From positions 48,402 through 112,401 of the forward strand of contig CAZFBD010000002.1 of the NCBI GenBank assembly GCA_964517125.1: DNA of 64,000 bases. The letters run 5' to 3'. Position numbers and translations under genes: made by a program. Below the pieces are notes generated by a model. It worked only from the letters and a program-made list of their open reading frames with translations. It was not told where the DNA came from and made no database searches. Positions 1 through 7,681 of the stretch are shown here, in pieces. The stretch is from an uncultured Acidimicrobiales bacterium. Lineage in GTDB: Bacteria > Actinomycetota > Acidimicrobiia > Acidimicrobiales > SHLQ01. How positions within the stretch are numbered: the first letter of the stretch is position 1; each line of letters begins with the position of its first letter.

Positions 1-452
1 TCCGCGAGCGATACGTAGGTGCGTTCCAGCTGCAACAGATCCCGATTGCGGATGCGCCGTTCCCGGAGCACCACACCAAGCCGTCGGCCATCGAGCTGGA
101 ACGGCGATGCCATGATTTCGGCCTGTCCATCGGGAAAGTGCGGACCGAGCTCCACGCTGCCGCTGCAGATGCTGCCGGTCTCCCACGCCGCGGCGACAAG
201 GTGACGGTTGGCGGGCGTGTGTCGATCGCCGATCGGATCGTGGCTGTACAGCGTGGGGGCCGTCGACGGGCGGACGTTGGCGAGGACCACGAAGGACTCG
301 TCGCCGTCCGCGGTAACCGGGGCCAGAAGGAGAACGTCTGCCAGGGCGAGGTCTGCCAGGAGACCCCACGTACGAAACAGACGCTTCATGTGTTCAATTG
401 CGTCCGGGTCGAAACCCGCCACATTGCGAGCGAGGTCGATCGGCGATGCCAT
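1..452 (-). CDS. pdtaS: Sensor histidine kinase, N-terminal part only (PdtaS-like). The gene runs off the left edge of the window.
   Basis: This is absent from the ORF track because its 3' end lies outside the window. Manual reverse translation from the ATG at 452-450 gives MASPIDLARNVAGFDPDAIEHMKRLFRTWGLLADLALADVLLLAPVTADGDESFVVLANVRPSTAPTLY... This resembles the N-terminal region of mycobacterial PdtaS as I recall it (..GEWQLLADLSFADYL..). Confidence 0.5.
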   Translation of the reverse strand, partial: MASPIDLARNVAGFDPDAIEHMKRLFRTWGLLADLALADVLLLAPVTADGDESFVVLANVRPSTAPTLYSHDPIGDRHTPANRHLVAAAWETGSICSGSVELGPHFPDGQAEIMASPFQLDGRRLGVVLRERRIRNRDLLQLERTYVSLA

Positions 453-484
453 GCGTGGATCCTAGGTCTGGTTCGCCTCGACGA

Positions 485-1582
485 TCACCACAGGAGCTCA
501 CCCAGCGCTGCCAGACCCGCAGCCGTGCTGGGAGAGTGCACGGTTCGGGGGATCGTGAGCGTCGAGAACTGGTTCAGTTGGTCCACGGCGCGGCGTTGGT
601 CGTCGGCGACCGCGCACCGTTCCAGGACGTACTCGGCGCCCGGCCGGAGGAGTTTCGTTGCGCTTGCCGAGAACTGGCTTCGATCCTTGCCGACGACCCG
701 CTGCGCCGAGTCGGCAACCGTCGGGTCCCAGAACTCGGACGGTTCCACGCCATTGATCACAACGCCGTCCAGCCCCAGGCCTCGTTCGTCGAGTTCGGCG
801 ACCAGCGCCGACACCCGTTCGATCGATGCAGTCGCCGGAGCACTCACGGCCACCAACGCCGCGTCGTCGCCGGCGAGTTCGGCTGCCACAGCCGAGGTCC
901 GCTCCACCATGCCCGGCACCACGGCCTGCATGAGCGTGAAGAACTCCACGATGTCCGAAAAGAACTGGCTGCCAAGCAGCCGATCGGCCAGCGAACCGAA
1001 GGTTCGAGTCGCCGCCGCGCCAACGATGGATCCGGCCTCACCGCCGGTCAGCCAGTTGAGCAGCGAGCTTGTGAAGAACTCTTCGACCCGTTGGGGAGCA
1101 TCGAAGAAGTCCAACGCATTCTGAGACGGCGGGGTGTCGACGATGATGAGCCGATACCGGTCGGAGGCAATGGCGTCGTCGAGCCAGCTGAGAGCGGCGT
1201 AGTCGTTGCCGTGGACGAAGGTGTCGGCGATCCGCCGATACACCGGGTTCGCCAGGATGCGGGCTGCCAACTCGGGCGTGGGTGCCTCTCGGGTGACAAG
1301 CGCATCCCAGGCCCGCCCGGGATCGAGCATGGCTGCTGAGAGATGTCCGTCGCCGGGGTGCTCGACGCGAACCGCGTCGTTGCCGTCGATCTGCATGCCA
1401 AGCGCCGCAGCCAACCGTCGGGCCGGGTCGATCGTGAGCACGAGGACCTCGCCGTCGAGGCGGTTGGCGGCCGCCATTGCGAGGGCCGCGGAAACCGTGG
1501 TCTTGCCCACGCCGCCGGCACCGGTCACGACGATGAGTGAACGGCCCTCGGCCAGCTGGCCCAATCCAAGTGGCTTGGTCAC
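485..1582 (-). CDS. ArsA/Get3-family P-loop ATPase (anion-transporting ATPase-like), second gene of a pair
   Basis: 365-aa ORF with Walker A VVTGAGGVGKTTVSAAL. A GTGA start/stop overlap (1579-1582) joins it to the upstream paralog. Confidence 0.85.
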   Translation of the reverse strand: MTKPLGLGQLAEGRSLIVVTGAGGVGKTTVSAALAMAAANRLDGEVLVLTIDPARRLAAALGMQIDGNDAVRVEHPGDGHLSAAMLDPGRAWDALVTREAPTPELAARILANPVYRRIADTFVHGNDYAALSWLDDAIASDRYRLIIVDTPPSQNALDFFDAPQRVEEFFTSSLLNWLTGGEAGSIVGAAATRTFGSLADRLLGSQFFSDIVEFFTLMQAVVPGMVERTSAVAAELAGDDAALVAVSAPATASIERVSALVAELDERGLGLDGVVINGVEPSEFWDPTVADSAQRVVGKDRSQFSASATKLLRPGAEYVLERCAVADDQRRAVDQLNQFSTLTIPRTVHSPSTAAGLAALGELLW

Positions 1583-2493
1583 AGGGACAGCTCGTCGGCG
1601 ATTGCCTCGCGTATGTGTGGTTGCAGGCCGGATTCAGACCCGAACTCGGGCAGATGAAGGACCTCGGTCCCCTCCGGCAGGGCCGACCTGAGCCGGAGAT
1701 CGACCGCCGAGGCAACGTCGGCCCGATCCAACCCGATCTGCACCGCGTCGAGGAGGGTTCGGGCAGCTTTGGGAAGCCGTTTCGGTGGAGCATCCAGCAG
1801 CACGTCGAGCTGCTCGCGTGTGCTGCGTGCATACAGCTGCGGGCGGGTGCGGTTGACCACAACGGCTGCAAGGCGGGCCGGAGTCTCCGCGTGCAGCCGG
1901 TCGACGAATTCGAGCGTCTCCGACACCGGGACTTCCTCGGCCAGGGTCACGTTCACGATTCCGGTGATTGTGGTGTCGGCCAGAAGGTCGATCATCCAGC
2001 CGGTCTCATCGGCGATGCGTCCCACTGGCGCAAGCTCGGCGACGTTGCTGGCCGCCGCAAGTTCGCCAAGAAGATGCCCACTCGACGCCGCGTCGACGAC
2101 CACCATTCCCCAGTCACCACTTCGGGCTTCGTGGGCGTACTTGCCCACGAGCAGCAGTTCGGCCACGCCGGGGGCAGCGTCAGCAACGAACGAGAACGCA
2201 CCCGCCACAGGGCCCGCCACAACACCGAGCGGACCCAGTTGCAGCTTGACGAATTCGGAGAGCGAAGCCTGCGAATCAATCTGCAGGACGCTCAGGTTTG
2301 GTCGGACCTCGACGGCCTCGGCGGTGGGGTCGATGCCGAACATGCCCGCGGCGCCCGGGCTGCCATCTGCAGAGATGAGCAGCGTGCGGGAACCACGGAA
2401 TGCAGCAAGTTCGGCGATTGACGCGGCAACCGTCGACTTGCCGGTGCCACCCTTTCCGCCGACGATCAGCAGACGGCGATCAAACAACCCCAT
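1579..2493 (-). CDS. ArsA/Get3-family P-loop ATPase, first gene of a pair
   Basis: 304-aa ORF with Walker A IVGGKGGTGKSTVAASI. It is translationally coupled to the downstream paralog. Confidence 0.85.
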   Translation of the reverse strand: MGLFDRRLLIVGGKGGTGKSTVAASIAELAAFRGSRTLLISADGSPGAAGMFGIDPTAEAVEVRPNLSVLQIDSQASLSEFVKLQLGPLGVVAGPVAGAFSFVADAAPGVAELLLVGKYAHEARSGDWGMVVVDAASSGHLLGELAAASNVAELAPVGRIADETGWMIDLLADTTITGIVNVTLAEEVPVSETLEFVDRLHAETPARLAAVVVNRTRPQLYARSTREQLDVLLDAPPKRLPKAARTLLDAVQIGLDRADVASAVDLRLRSALPEGTEVLHLPEFGSESGLQPHIREAIADELSL

Positions 2494-2509
2494 CTGCGAT
2501 CAGCGCCCG

Positions 2510-2740
2510 TCAGCCGAAGCCGATGGGGCGAGTGCTCTCGCCACTGCCGATTTCGACATAGGCGATCTTGTCGGCGGGAATGGCAACCTGATTGCCCTTC
2601 TTGTCTTCGAGCCAGAGCACGGCGTCGGTGCCCGACACGGCAGCTTCGACCTGGGCCTTGATGGCTGCAGCATCCATGCTGTCGGCCAGCTCCATTGCGA
2701 TTTCCTTGGCGGTGTAGGTGACACCAATTCGAATGTCCAC
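2510..2740 (-). CDS. DUF3107-family small protein
   Basis: 76-aa ORF MDIRIGVTYTAKEIAMELADS...KIAYVEIGSGESTRPIGFG. Its size and sequence are typical of the actinobacterial DUF3107 family. Confidence 0.7.
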   Translation of the reverse strand: MDIRIGVTYTAKEIAMELADSMDAAAIKAQVEAAVSGTDAVLWLEDKKGNQVAIPADKIAYVEIGSGESTRPIGFG

Positions 2741-2781
2741 GGTTCCTCCGTTTGGGGGCGAGAGTTGTTGACCCGGTCGGG

Positions 2782-3924
2782 TCAGTTGAGCAGATTGAGC
2801 TTCGAGGTGTAGCGACGCTTGGGCGCAAGTTCCACATCGATACGTTCGGCCATCTTGGCGAAGACCTGACTGGCTTCGCTGTCCGGAGCCATGGCGACGA
2901 TCGGCTTGCCCGAGTCTGAACCTTCGCGCAGCGCTGGAACCAGCGGCACCTGTCCGACCAGCGGCACCTCGAGACGGTCGGCGAGCTCCTGGCCGCCACC
3001 GGCGCCAAACAGGTAGTACTGCTTGCCGTCGTCGCCGGTGAACCAGCTCATGTTCTCGATGACACCGTGCACGCTCAGGTTGACCTTTTCGCCCATGAAC
3101 GCTGCCCGCTGGGCCACACGCTGGGCCGCCGGCTGGGGTGTGGTCACCACGTACATTTCGCTGCGCGGAAGGAACTGCGCCAACGACAGCGAAATGTCGC
3201 CGGTGCCGGGCGGCAGGTCGATCAGCAGGTAGTCGGGTTCGTTCCAGTAGACGTCGGTCAGGAACTGTTCAAGCGCCTTGTGCAGCATGGGGCCACGCCA
3301 GATGACCGGCTGGTCCTCCTCGGCGAAGAAGCCCATGGAGATTGCGTGAACGCCGTGGGTCTCCGGCGGGATGAGCATGTCGTCGATCACCGTGGGCGGT
3401 GTCTGAATGCCGAGCATGCGTGGAATGGAGAAGCCCCACACGTCGGCATCGATGAGTGCCACCTTCTTGCCACGGTTGGCGAGCGAGATTGCCAGGTTGG
3501 TGGTGACGGAGGACTTGCCCACGCCGCCCTTGCCAGACGCGATGAGCAGGACTCGAGTGCGGCTGTCGGCGTCGGCAAACGGGATGTCGCGCCCCTCGGC
3601 GTGGCCGTGCGCGGGGTTGTTGCCGGCGGTGCCGGCCGGGTCGCCCTGCAGCATGTGCCGGACGGCGGCCCGCTCTTCGTCGGTCATCACCGTGAAGTCG
3701 ATGGAGGGATGGGCCACACCCATGTCGGAGAGTGCTCCGGTGACGCGGTTGGTGATCTCGTTCCGGAGGGGGCAGCCGGCGATCGTGAGCGCAATCTGCA
3801 CCTCGACCGCATCGCCGTTGATGCTGATGGTCTTGACCATTCCCAGGTCGACGATGCTGCGATGGAGTTCGGGGTCCTCGACCGGGCGAAGTGCCTCGAT
3901 GACCTGTTCTTCGGTGACGCTCAT
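2782..3924 (-). CDS. apbC: Mrp/ApbC/NBP35-family Fe-S cluster carrier ATPase
   Basis: 380 aa. It has an N-terminal DUF59-like segment (VEDPELHRSIVDLGMV...LTIAGCP), a deviant Walker A (SGKGGVGKSSVTTNLA) and a DLPPGTGD motif. Confidence 0.9.
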   Translation of the reverse strand: MSVTEEQVIEALRPVEDPELHRSIVDLGMVKTISINGDAVEVQIALTIAGCPLRNEITNRVTGALSDMGVAHPSIDFTVMTDEERAAVRHMLQGDPAGTAGNNPAHGHAEGRDIPFADADSRTRVLLIASGKGGVGKSSVTTNLAISLANRGKKVALIDADVWGFSIPRMLGIQTPPTVIDDMLIPPETHGVHAISMGFFAEEDQPVIWRGPMLHKALEQFLTDVYWNEPDYLLIDLPPGTGDISLSLAQFLPRSEMYVVTTPQPAAQRVAQRAAFMGEKVNLSVHGVIENMSWFTGDDGKQYYLFGAGGGQELADRLEVPLVGQVPLVPALREGSDSGKPIVAMAPDSEASQVFAKMAERIDVELAPKRRYTSKLNLLN

Positions 3925-4013
3925 ACTGCGGAGATGTCCTTTGGGCGGTGTGCTCTCAGGCTACCGAGGAGCCGTGAAGATCAGGAGGTCGTTCGGCAAT
4001 GGATCGGCAGCGG

Positions 4014-4460
4014 TCAGAACCAGCCCTGCACGGTGTCGTCGCCGCCACTGAACCACCACCAGGCTGCGAGTCCGGCGGCCGCCATGAGCATCACGGAAAC
4101 GATGATGGTGTTTCGTGGGATCGGACCCTCTTCTTCCAGTCCCGGCACCTTCTTGCGAAGGTAACGCAGCGCCCGATCGGCCCAGACGAAGTCCCGGCTC
4201 AAGATGACCAGGCCGGCGGCCATGGCGATGGCACCCGGGCCGGGAAGCACCATCATTGCGACTCCGGCAAGAAGCAGTACGAACCCGAGACCCATACGGG
4301 TCAGCCGAATCAGGGCATGACGCCATGCCTGTGCATTCGTCTCTTCGGCGTGGCCGACCTCGAGCTCGGCCCGAATGGCTGCATCGCGAAAGTCGGTGTC
4401 CCCGTCGCCATCAACATCAGCAGGATCCACGTTCGTCAGCGGCGGAAGTTCGTCGGTCAC
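4014..4460 (-). CDS. PGPGW-motif small membrane protein (start uncertain)
   Basis: The sequence contains VLPGPGAIAMAAGLVILSRDFVWADRALRYL and two TM segments. The longest ORF runs to 4571, but its first ~37 codons lie in the intergenic repeat/palindrome. I therefore prefer the in-frame GTG at 4460; the GTGs at 4481 and 4484 are alternatives. Confidence 0.6.
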   Translation of the reverse strand: MTDELPPLTNVDPADVDGDGDTDFRDAAIRAELEVGHAEETNAQAWRHALIRLTRMGLGFVLLLAGVAMMVLPGPGAIAMAAGLVILSRDFVWADRALRYLRKKVPGLEEEGPIPRNTIIVSVMLMAAAGLAAWWWFSGGDDTVQGWF

Positions 4461-4566
4461 ACCATCAACCCTATTCGCCACCACCCAACCGTTCGCACAA
4501 CCGCACCAAACACCGTTCGCGCAACCCAGCCCCCGCAACAAAAACCGCAACACGCGCGCAAACCCC

Positions 4567-4593
4567 CACACCAGGGGCCTGGCCCCTCCTGTG
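4567..4593. repeat. GC-rich imperfect palindrome CACACCAGGGGCCTGGCCCCTCCTGTG (intergenic repeat family, copy 1)
   Basis: Read directly from the sequence. The central GGGGCC-T-GGCCCC is perfectly symmetric. Related copies lie at 4686, 43621 and 43778. Confidence 0.7.
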
Positions 4594-4685
4594 AGGATAG
4601 TGCTACTGAGGGTGAGGTTCGCAACGATATAGTGCCAGCAAGCGTTGAATTCTCAAGGGTTTGACCACCAGAGGCGAGTACGTGA

Positions 4686-4714
4686 CCACACCAGGAGCCT
4701 GGCCCCAGGTGTGG
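4686..4714. repeat. GC-rich imperfect palindrome CCACACCAGGAGCCTGGCCCCAGGTGTGG (copy 2)
   Basis: Read directly from the sequence. It lies 92 bp downstream of copy 1, and the spacer between them has lower GC. Confidence 0.7.
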
Positions 4715-4760
4715 TGTTGTGACCGCGGAGTGTGGTTTCTGGAAGGTGTTGGCCTGGTTC

Positions 4761-4766
4761 TAGAAT
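4761..4766 (+). promoter_or_regulatory. Candidate -10 hexamer TAGAAT for a leaderless bcp transcript
   Basis: TAGAAT is followed by 6 nt (CTGGGG) and then the bcp ATG at 4773. There is no Shine-Dalgarno sequence. The spacing fits a transcription start at the A of the ATG, as is common in actinobacteria. Confidence 0.4.
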
Positions 4767-4772
4767 CTGGGG

Positions 4773-5243
4773 ATGGCTGAGAAACCGAATCCGTTGGCTG
4801 TTGGTACCGAAGCGCCGGACTTCACGTCCACCACGTTTGATGGCGCGACCGTGTCGTTGTCGGCGTTGCGGGGCCAGAAGGTGGCGCTGTACTTCTACCC
4901 GAAGGACGCCACGCCCGGATGCACGAAGCAGGCGTGCAACCTGCGGGACAACCGCGAGCTGCTCGCCGAGCACGACATCGCCGTCATCGGTGTCTCTCCA
5001 GACGACGACGCGAGCCATGAGCGTTTTGCCGGGAAGCAGGACTTGAACTTCCCGCTCATCGCCGACCCCGACCACACGATCATCGAGGCCTATGGCGTGT
5101 GGGGTGAGAAGAAGCTCTACGGCAAGACCTTCATGGGGCTGCAGCGGGCCACCTTCCTCATCGATGAGGAGGGCGTGATCCAGCACGTGTTCAAGCGACC
5201 CAAGGTCGCCGACCACGCGCAGGAGATCATCAGCAAGCTCTGA
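4773..5243 (+). CDS. bcp: Thioredoxin-dependent thiol peroxidase (peroxiredoxin Bcp)
   Basis: 156 aa with the motif YFYPKDATPGCTKQAC (peroxidatic and resolving Cys in a PxxxTxxC context). Confidence 0.9.
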   Translation: MAEKPNPLAVGTEAPDFTSTTFDGATVSLSALRGQKVALYFYPKDATPGCTKQACNLRDNRELLAEHDIAVIGVSPDDDASHERFAGKQDLNFPLIADPDHTIIEAYGVWGEKKLYGKTFMGLQRATFLIDEEGVIQHVFKRPKVADHAQEIISKL

Positions 5244-5246
5244 CCG

Positions 5247-7118
5247 CTACTCGACCAGGTCGTTCCCGACATCGATGACCACGCCCCATCGGCGCTGCAC
5301 CTCGACCACGACCACAGCGAACACAACGCTCAGGAGGGCGACGACGGAGCGCCGGTTGGTCAACCGAAACACGGCCGCGAGGCCAAGCGCAGCTGCGGGC
5401 ACAAGCGCCCCCGCACCGAAGCCGAACGCACCGGCGATGTAGACGCCCGGCGACCAGAGTCGATGCACCTCGAGATTCGTCACCTGATCCAGAAGATCGA
5501 TGGTCGGTGAGCCTCCGAAGGGAACCAGCAGCTCCTCGACCCTGACAATGGAGCGAACCAGCCCGGCAAGGAGCCAGACCGACACGCCGAAGGACAACCA
5601 ACCGGCCGCCGCCCGGCCCATCACGGAGCCCTCACGAGCACCTTGCATACGACGTGACGTGCCGGCCAACAGCAGAACCGAGCTGGCGAAGAGCGCCTCG
5701 TTCAGCCAGTCGAATTGAACAATCGGATCCTTCTCTGCGCGAACGATCACGGCGCTGTCTGTCCGTTCGATGCTCCAGTACTCCCGATCCGACGGTCCGG
5801 TCTGCGGACCATCGCTTCGGTGGCGCCAATAGCCATCGCCACGTTCACTGAAACCGAACTCCGGTCGAAGGAGTTGCTCATCACTGAGTTCCTGCAACCG
5901 GTCGACGCTGCGCGATGACGACCCTTCCAGCACGACCTCCACCAGGGTCCAGTCTTCGAAGGGGTTCTCGATGATGTTGCGCTCCACCCGAACGTTCACG
6001 TCTTCGGAGCCGACCTCCACCGGCACGGTGACGAGATACGCGACCGATTGGGCATGGGCGTCCCGACCGATGACCGCCAGCAGCGGAAGCATCAACCCCG
6101 CCGCGACAAGCCCGAAGGTCAACCAACGCCGACTGCCGGTGGGCCAGATCACCGGGCCGAAACGTTCACCAACCAGCACCGCCCGGATCAGCGACCGCGA
6201 GACCCAGACGGCTCCGACAGCACCGACGGTCACAAACGCCAGCACCGTCCACGAGTTCACGCCAACCTCGGCCCCCGACGAGTTCAGGTGGGTCACACCA
6301 TCGAACCGAACAAAGAGACGCCAGAGTCCTCGTGTTGACCCTTCCGTCGCAACCGTTCGGTGCCAGGTGAAGCCATCGGCCACGATCTGGTTGATCAAGC
6401 TCACCGGAAACATCCACAACCACGCCCACCCCATCGCTCCGACGACGAACGACGCCGATCGCCACACGGATCGACCCGGCTTCAGACGCGTGGCCTGATG
6501 GGCGACCGCCAGCAGGACGACAAGGCAGTAGATGCTGATCCGCACCACGCGCATCATGCTCAGCAGCAGACTCGTTCCCGTCTGTGCCGCGAGCGGGTCG
6601 TAGGAGACCATGAGCACCAACCCGAGCCCGATTCCCAGACCGACTGCTCCGATGAGACCGGTCGCGCTGGCCAGCACGAGCCGAGCCCATCGCTGCGAGG
6701 GCACGTCGACCCGCAGGTGACCAGGTGCTCGCAGCCAGGCCCGCACACCGATGGCGAGCGGCCCACCAAACGCCAGCAGCCAGGCCAGCCAGGTTTGGGA
6801 TCGTGGCCGCTCTCCCGCCTCAGCGGCGACCTCCGCCGTTGTGGGCCAGACCGAGGTTCCGGCCTCCGCTGCTGCTTGTGCCGGCGCCGCCGTGTCGGGA
6901 ACTGTGTCGAGGTCGGAACCCTTCAACCCACCGAACGCAGCGATGGTCACGAGGATGAGGAACCCGAGCATGGCGACCCGGAACGCTGCGCTTCGTCGGC
7001 GCGCCCGCACCACGACCGTCCGCTCGATCCGCGCCCAATCGGCGTCTGTCGTCGCCGGCACGATGGGGTTGGCGGGCGGTGTGATCGCCTCCGCCAGGGT
7101 GGTGTCCAGCGACGTCAT
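5247..7118 (-). CDS. Large polytopic membrane protein of unknown function, co-transcribed with the ECF sigma factor
   Basis: 623 aa with many hydrophobic segments. A 4-bp overlap (7115-7118) joins it to the upstream sigma gene. I see no recognisable zinc-binding anti-sigma (HxxxCxxC) motif. Confidence 0.65.
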   Translation of the reverse strand: MTSLDTTLAEAITPPANPIVPATTDADWARIERTVVVRARRRSAAFRVAMLGFLILVTIAAFGGLKGSDLDTVPDTAAPAQAAAEAGTSVWPTTAEVAAEAGERPRSQTWLAWLLAFGGPLAIGVRAWLRAPGHLRVDVPSQRWARLVLASATGLIGAVGLGIGLGLVLMVSYDPLAAQTGTSLLLSMMRVVRISIYCLVVLLAVAHQATRLKPGRSVWRSASFVVGAMGWAWLWMFPVSLINQIVADGFTWHRTVATEGSTRGLWRLFVRFDGVTHLNSSGAEVGVNSWTVLAFVTVGAVGAVWVSRSLIRAVLVGERFGPVIWPTGSRRWLTFGLVAAGLMLPLLAVIGRDAHAQSVAYLVTVPVEVGSEDVNVRVERNIIENPFEDWTLVEVVLEGSSSRSVDRLQELSDEQLLRPEFGFSERGDGYWRHRSDGPQTGPSDREYWSIERTDSAVIVRAEKDPIVQFDWLNEALFASSVLLLAGTSRRMQGAREGSVMGRAAAGWLSFGVSVWLLAGLVRSIVRVEELLVPFGGSPTIDLLDQVTNLEVHRLWSPGVYIAGAFGFGAGALVPAAALGLAAVFRLTNRRSVVALLSVVFAVVVVEVQRRWGVVIDVGNDLVE

Positions 7119-7651
7119 ACCTCGCTCCTTTCTGCGAGCCGCTCCGTGTCCAGCACGGACGCAAGCATCTGCTTTGCCCGGTGCAGGTGTGTCTTCACGG
7201 ATCCCGACGAGACGCCGAGAGCCTCGGCGATCTGGTCGACGGTCAGGTCGTCATAGAACCGAAGGACGATGGCCTGCCGTTGACGCATCGGTAGCGCCAA
7301 GACCGCCGCCCGCACGTGCTCAGAATCCTCAGATAGTGCGTCGTCGGGCAACGGGTCAGTGGAATCCCGTTCACCCTTCAGGTGTCGCCGTTCCAGCACG
7401 AGGCGCCGGACCCGGGATCGGCAATGGTTGACCACCGCCGCGCGCAGGTAGGAGCCCAGCTGCTCGGAATCGCGCAGCGTCGGAGGGTTCTCCACAACCC
7501 GAACGAACACATCGTGCACGACTTCCTCGGCCAGTCCGCGGCCGTCCACCAGCCACGCGGCGAGGCCGACAAGACGAGCGTGGTCGCGCCGATACGCGTG
7601 CTCAAGATCGAAGGCGGTCGCCGTGTACACACCTTGGAGACGTCCAGCCAC
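7115..7651 (-). CDS. ECF-type RNA polymerase sigma-70 family factor
   Basis: 178 aa. The region 2-like segment is EEVVHDVFVRV. Region 4 is LPMRQRQAIVLRFYDDLTVDQIAEALGVSSGSVKTHLHRAKQML. Confidence 0.9.
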   Translation of the reverse strand: MAGRLQGVYTATAFDLEHAYRRDHARLVGLAAWLVDGRGLAEEVVHDVFVRVVENPPTLRDSEQLGSYLRAAVVNHCRSRVRRLVLERRHLKGERDSTDPLPDDALSEDSEHVRAAVLALPMRQRQAIVLRFYDDLTVDQIAEALGVSSGSVKTHLHRAKQMLASVLDTERLAERSEV

Positions 7652-7681
7652 GCCAAAACGTTGACACAGCCGCCAAAGAAA

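Noticed and set aside
138-1339. 328-aa and 313-aa plus-strand ORFs
   Set aside because: They are antisense to the PdtaS-like fragment and the ArsA-like ATPase, both of which have strong motif support.
2782-3924. Mrp/ApbC lacks the usual C-terminal CxxC (the sequence reads ENMSWFTGDDGKQYYLFG)
   Set aside because: As far as I recall, mycobacterial Mrp orthologs show the same replacement and instead keep the N-terminal ...LTIAGCP Cys. It is therefore probably lineage-typical rather than novel.
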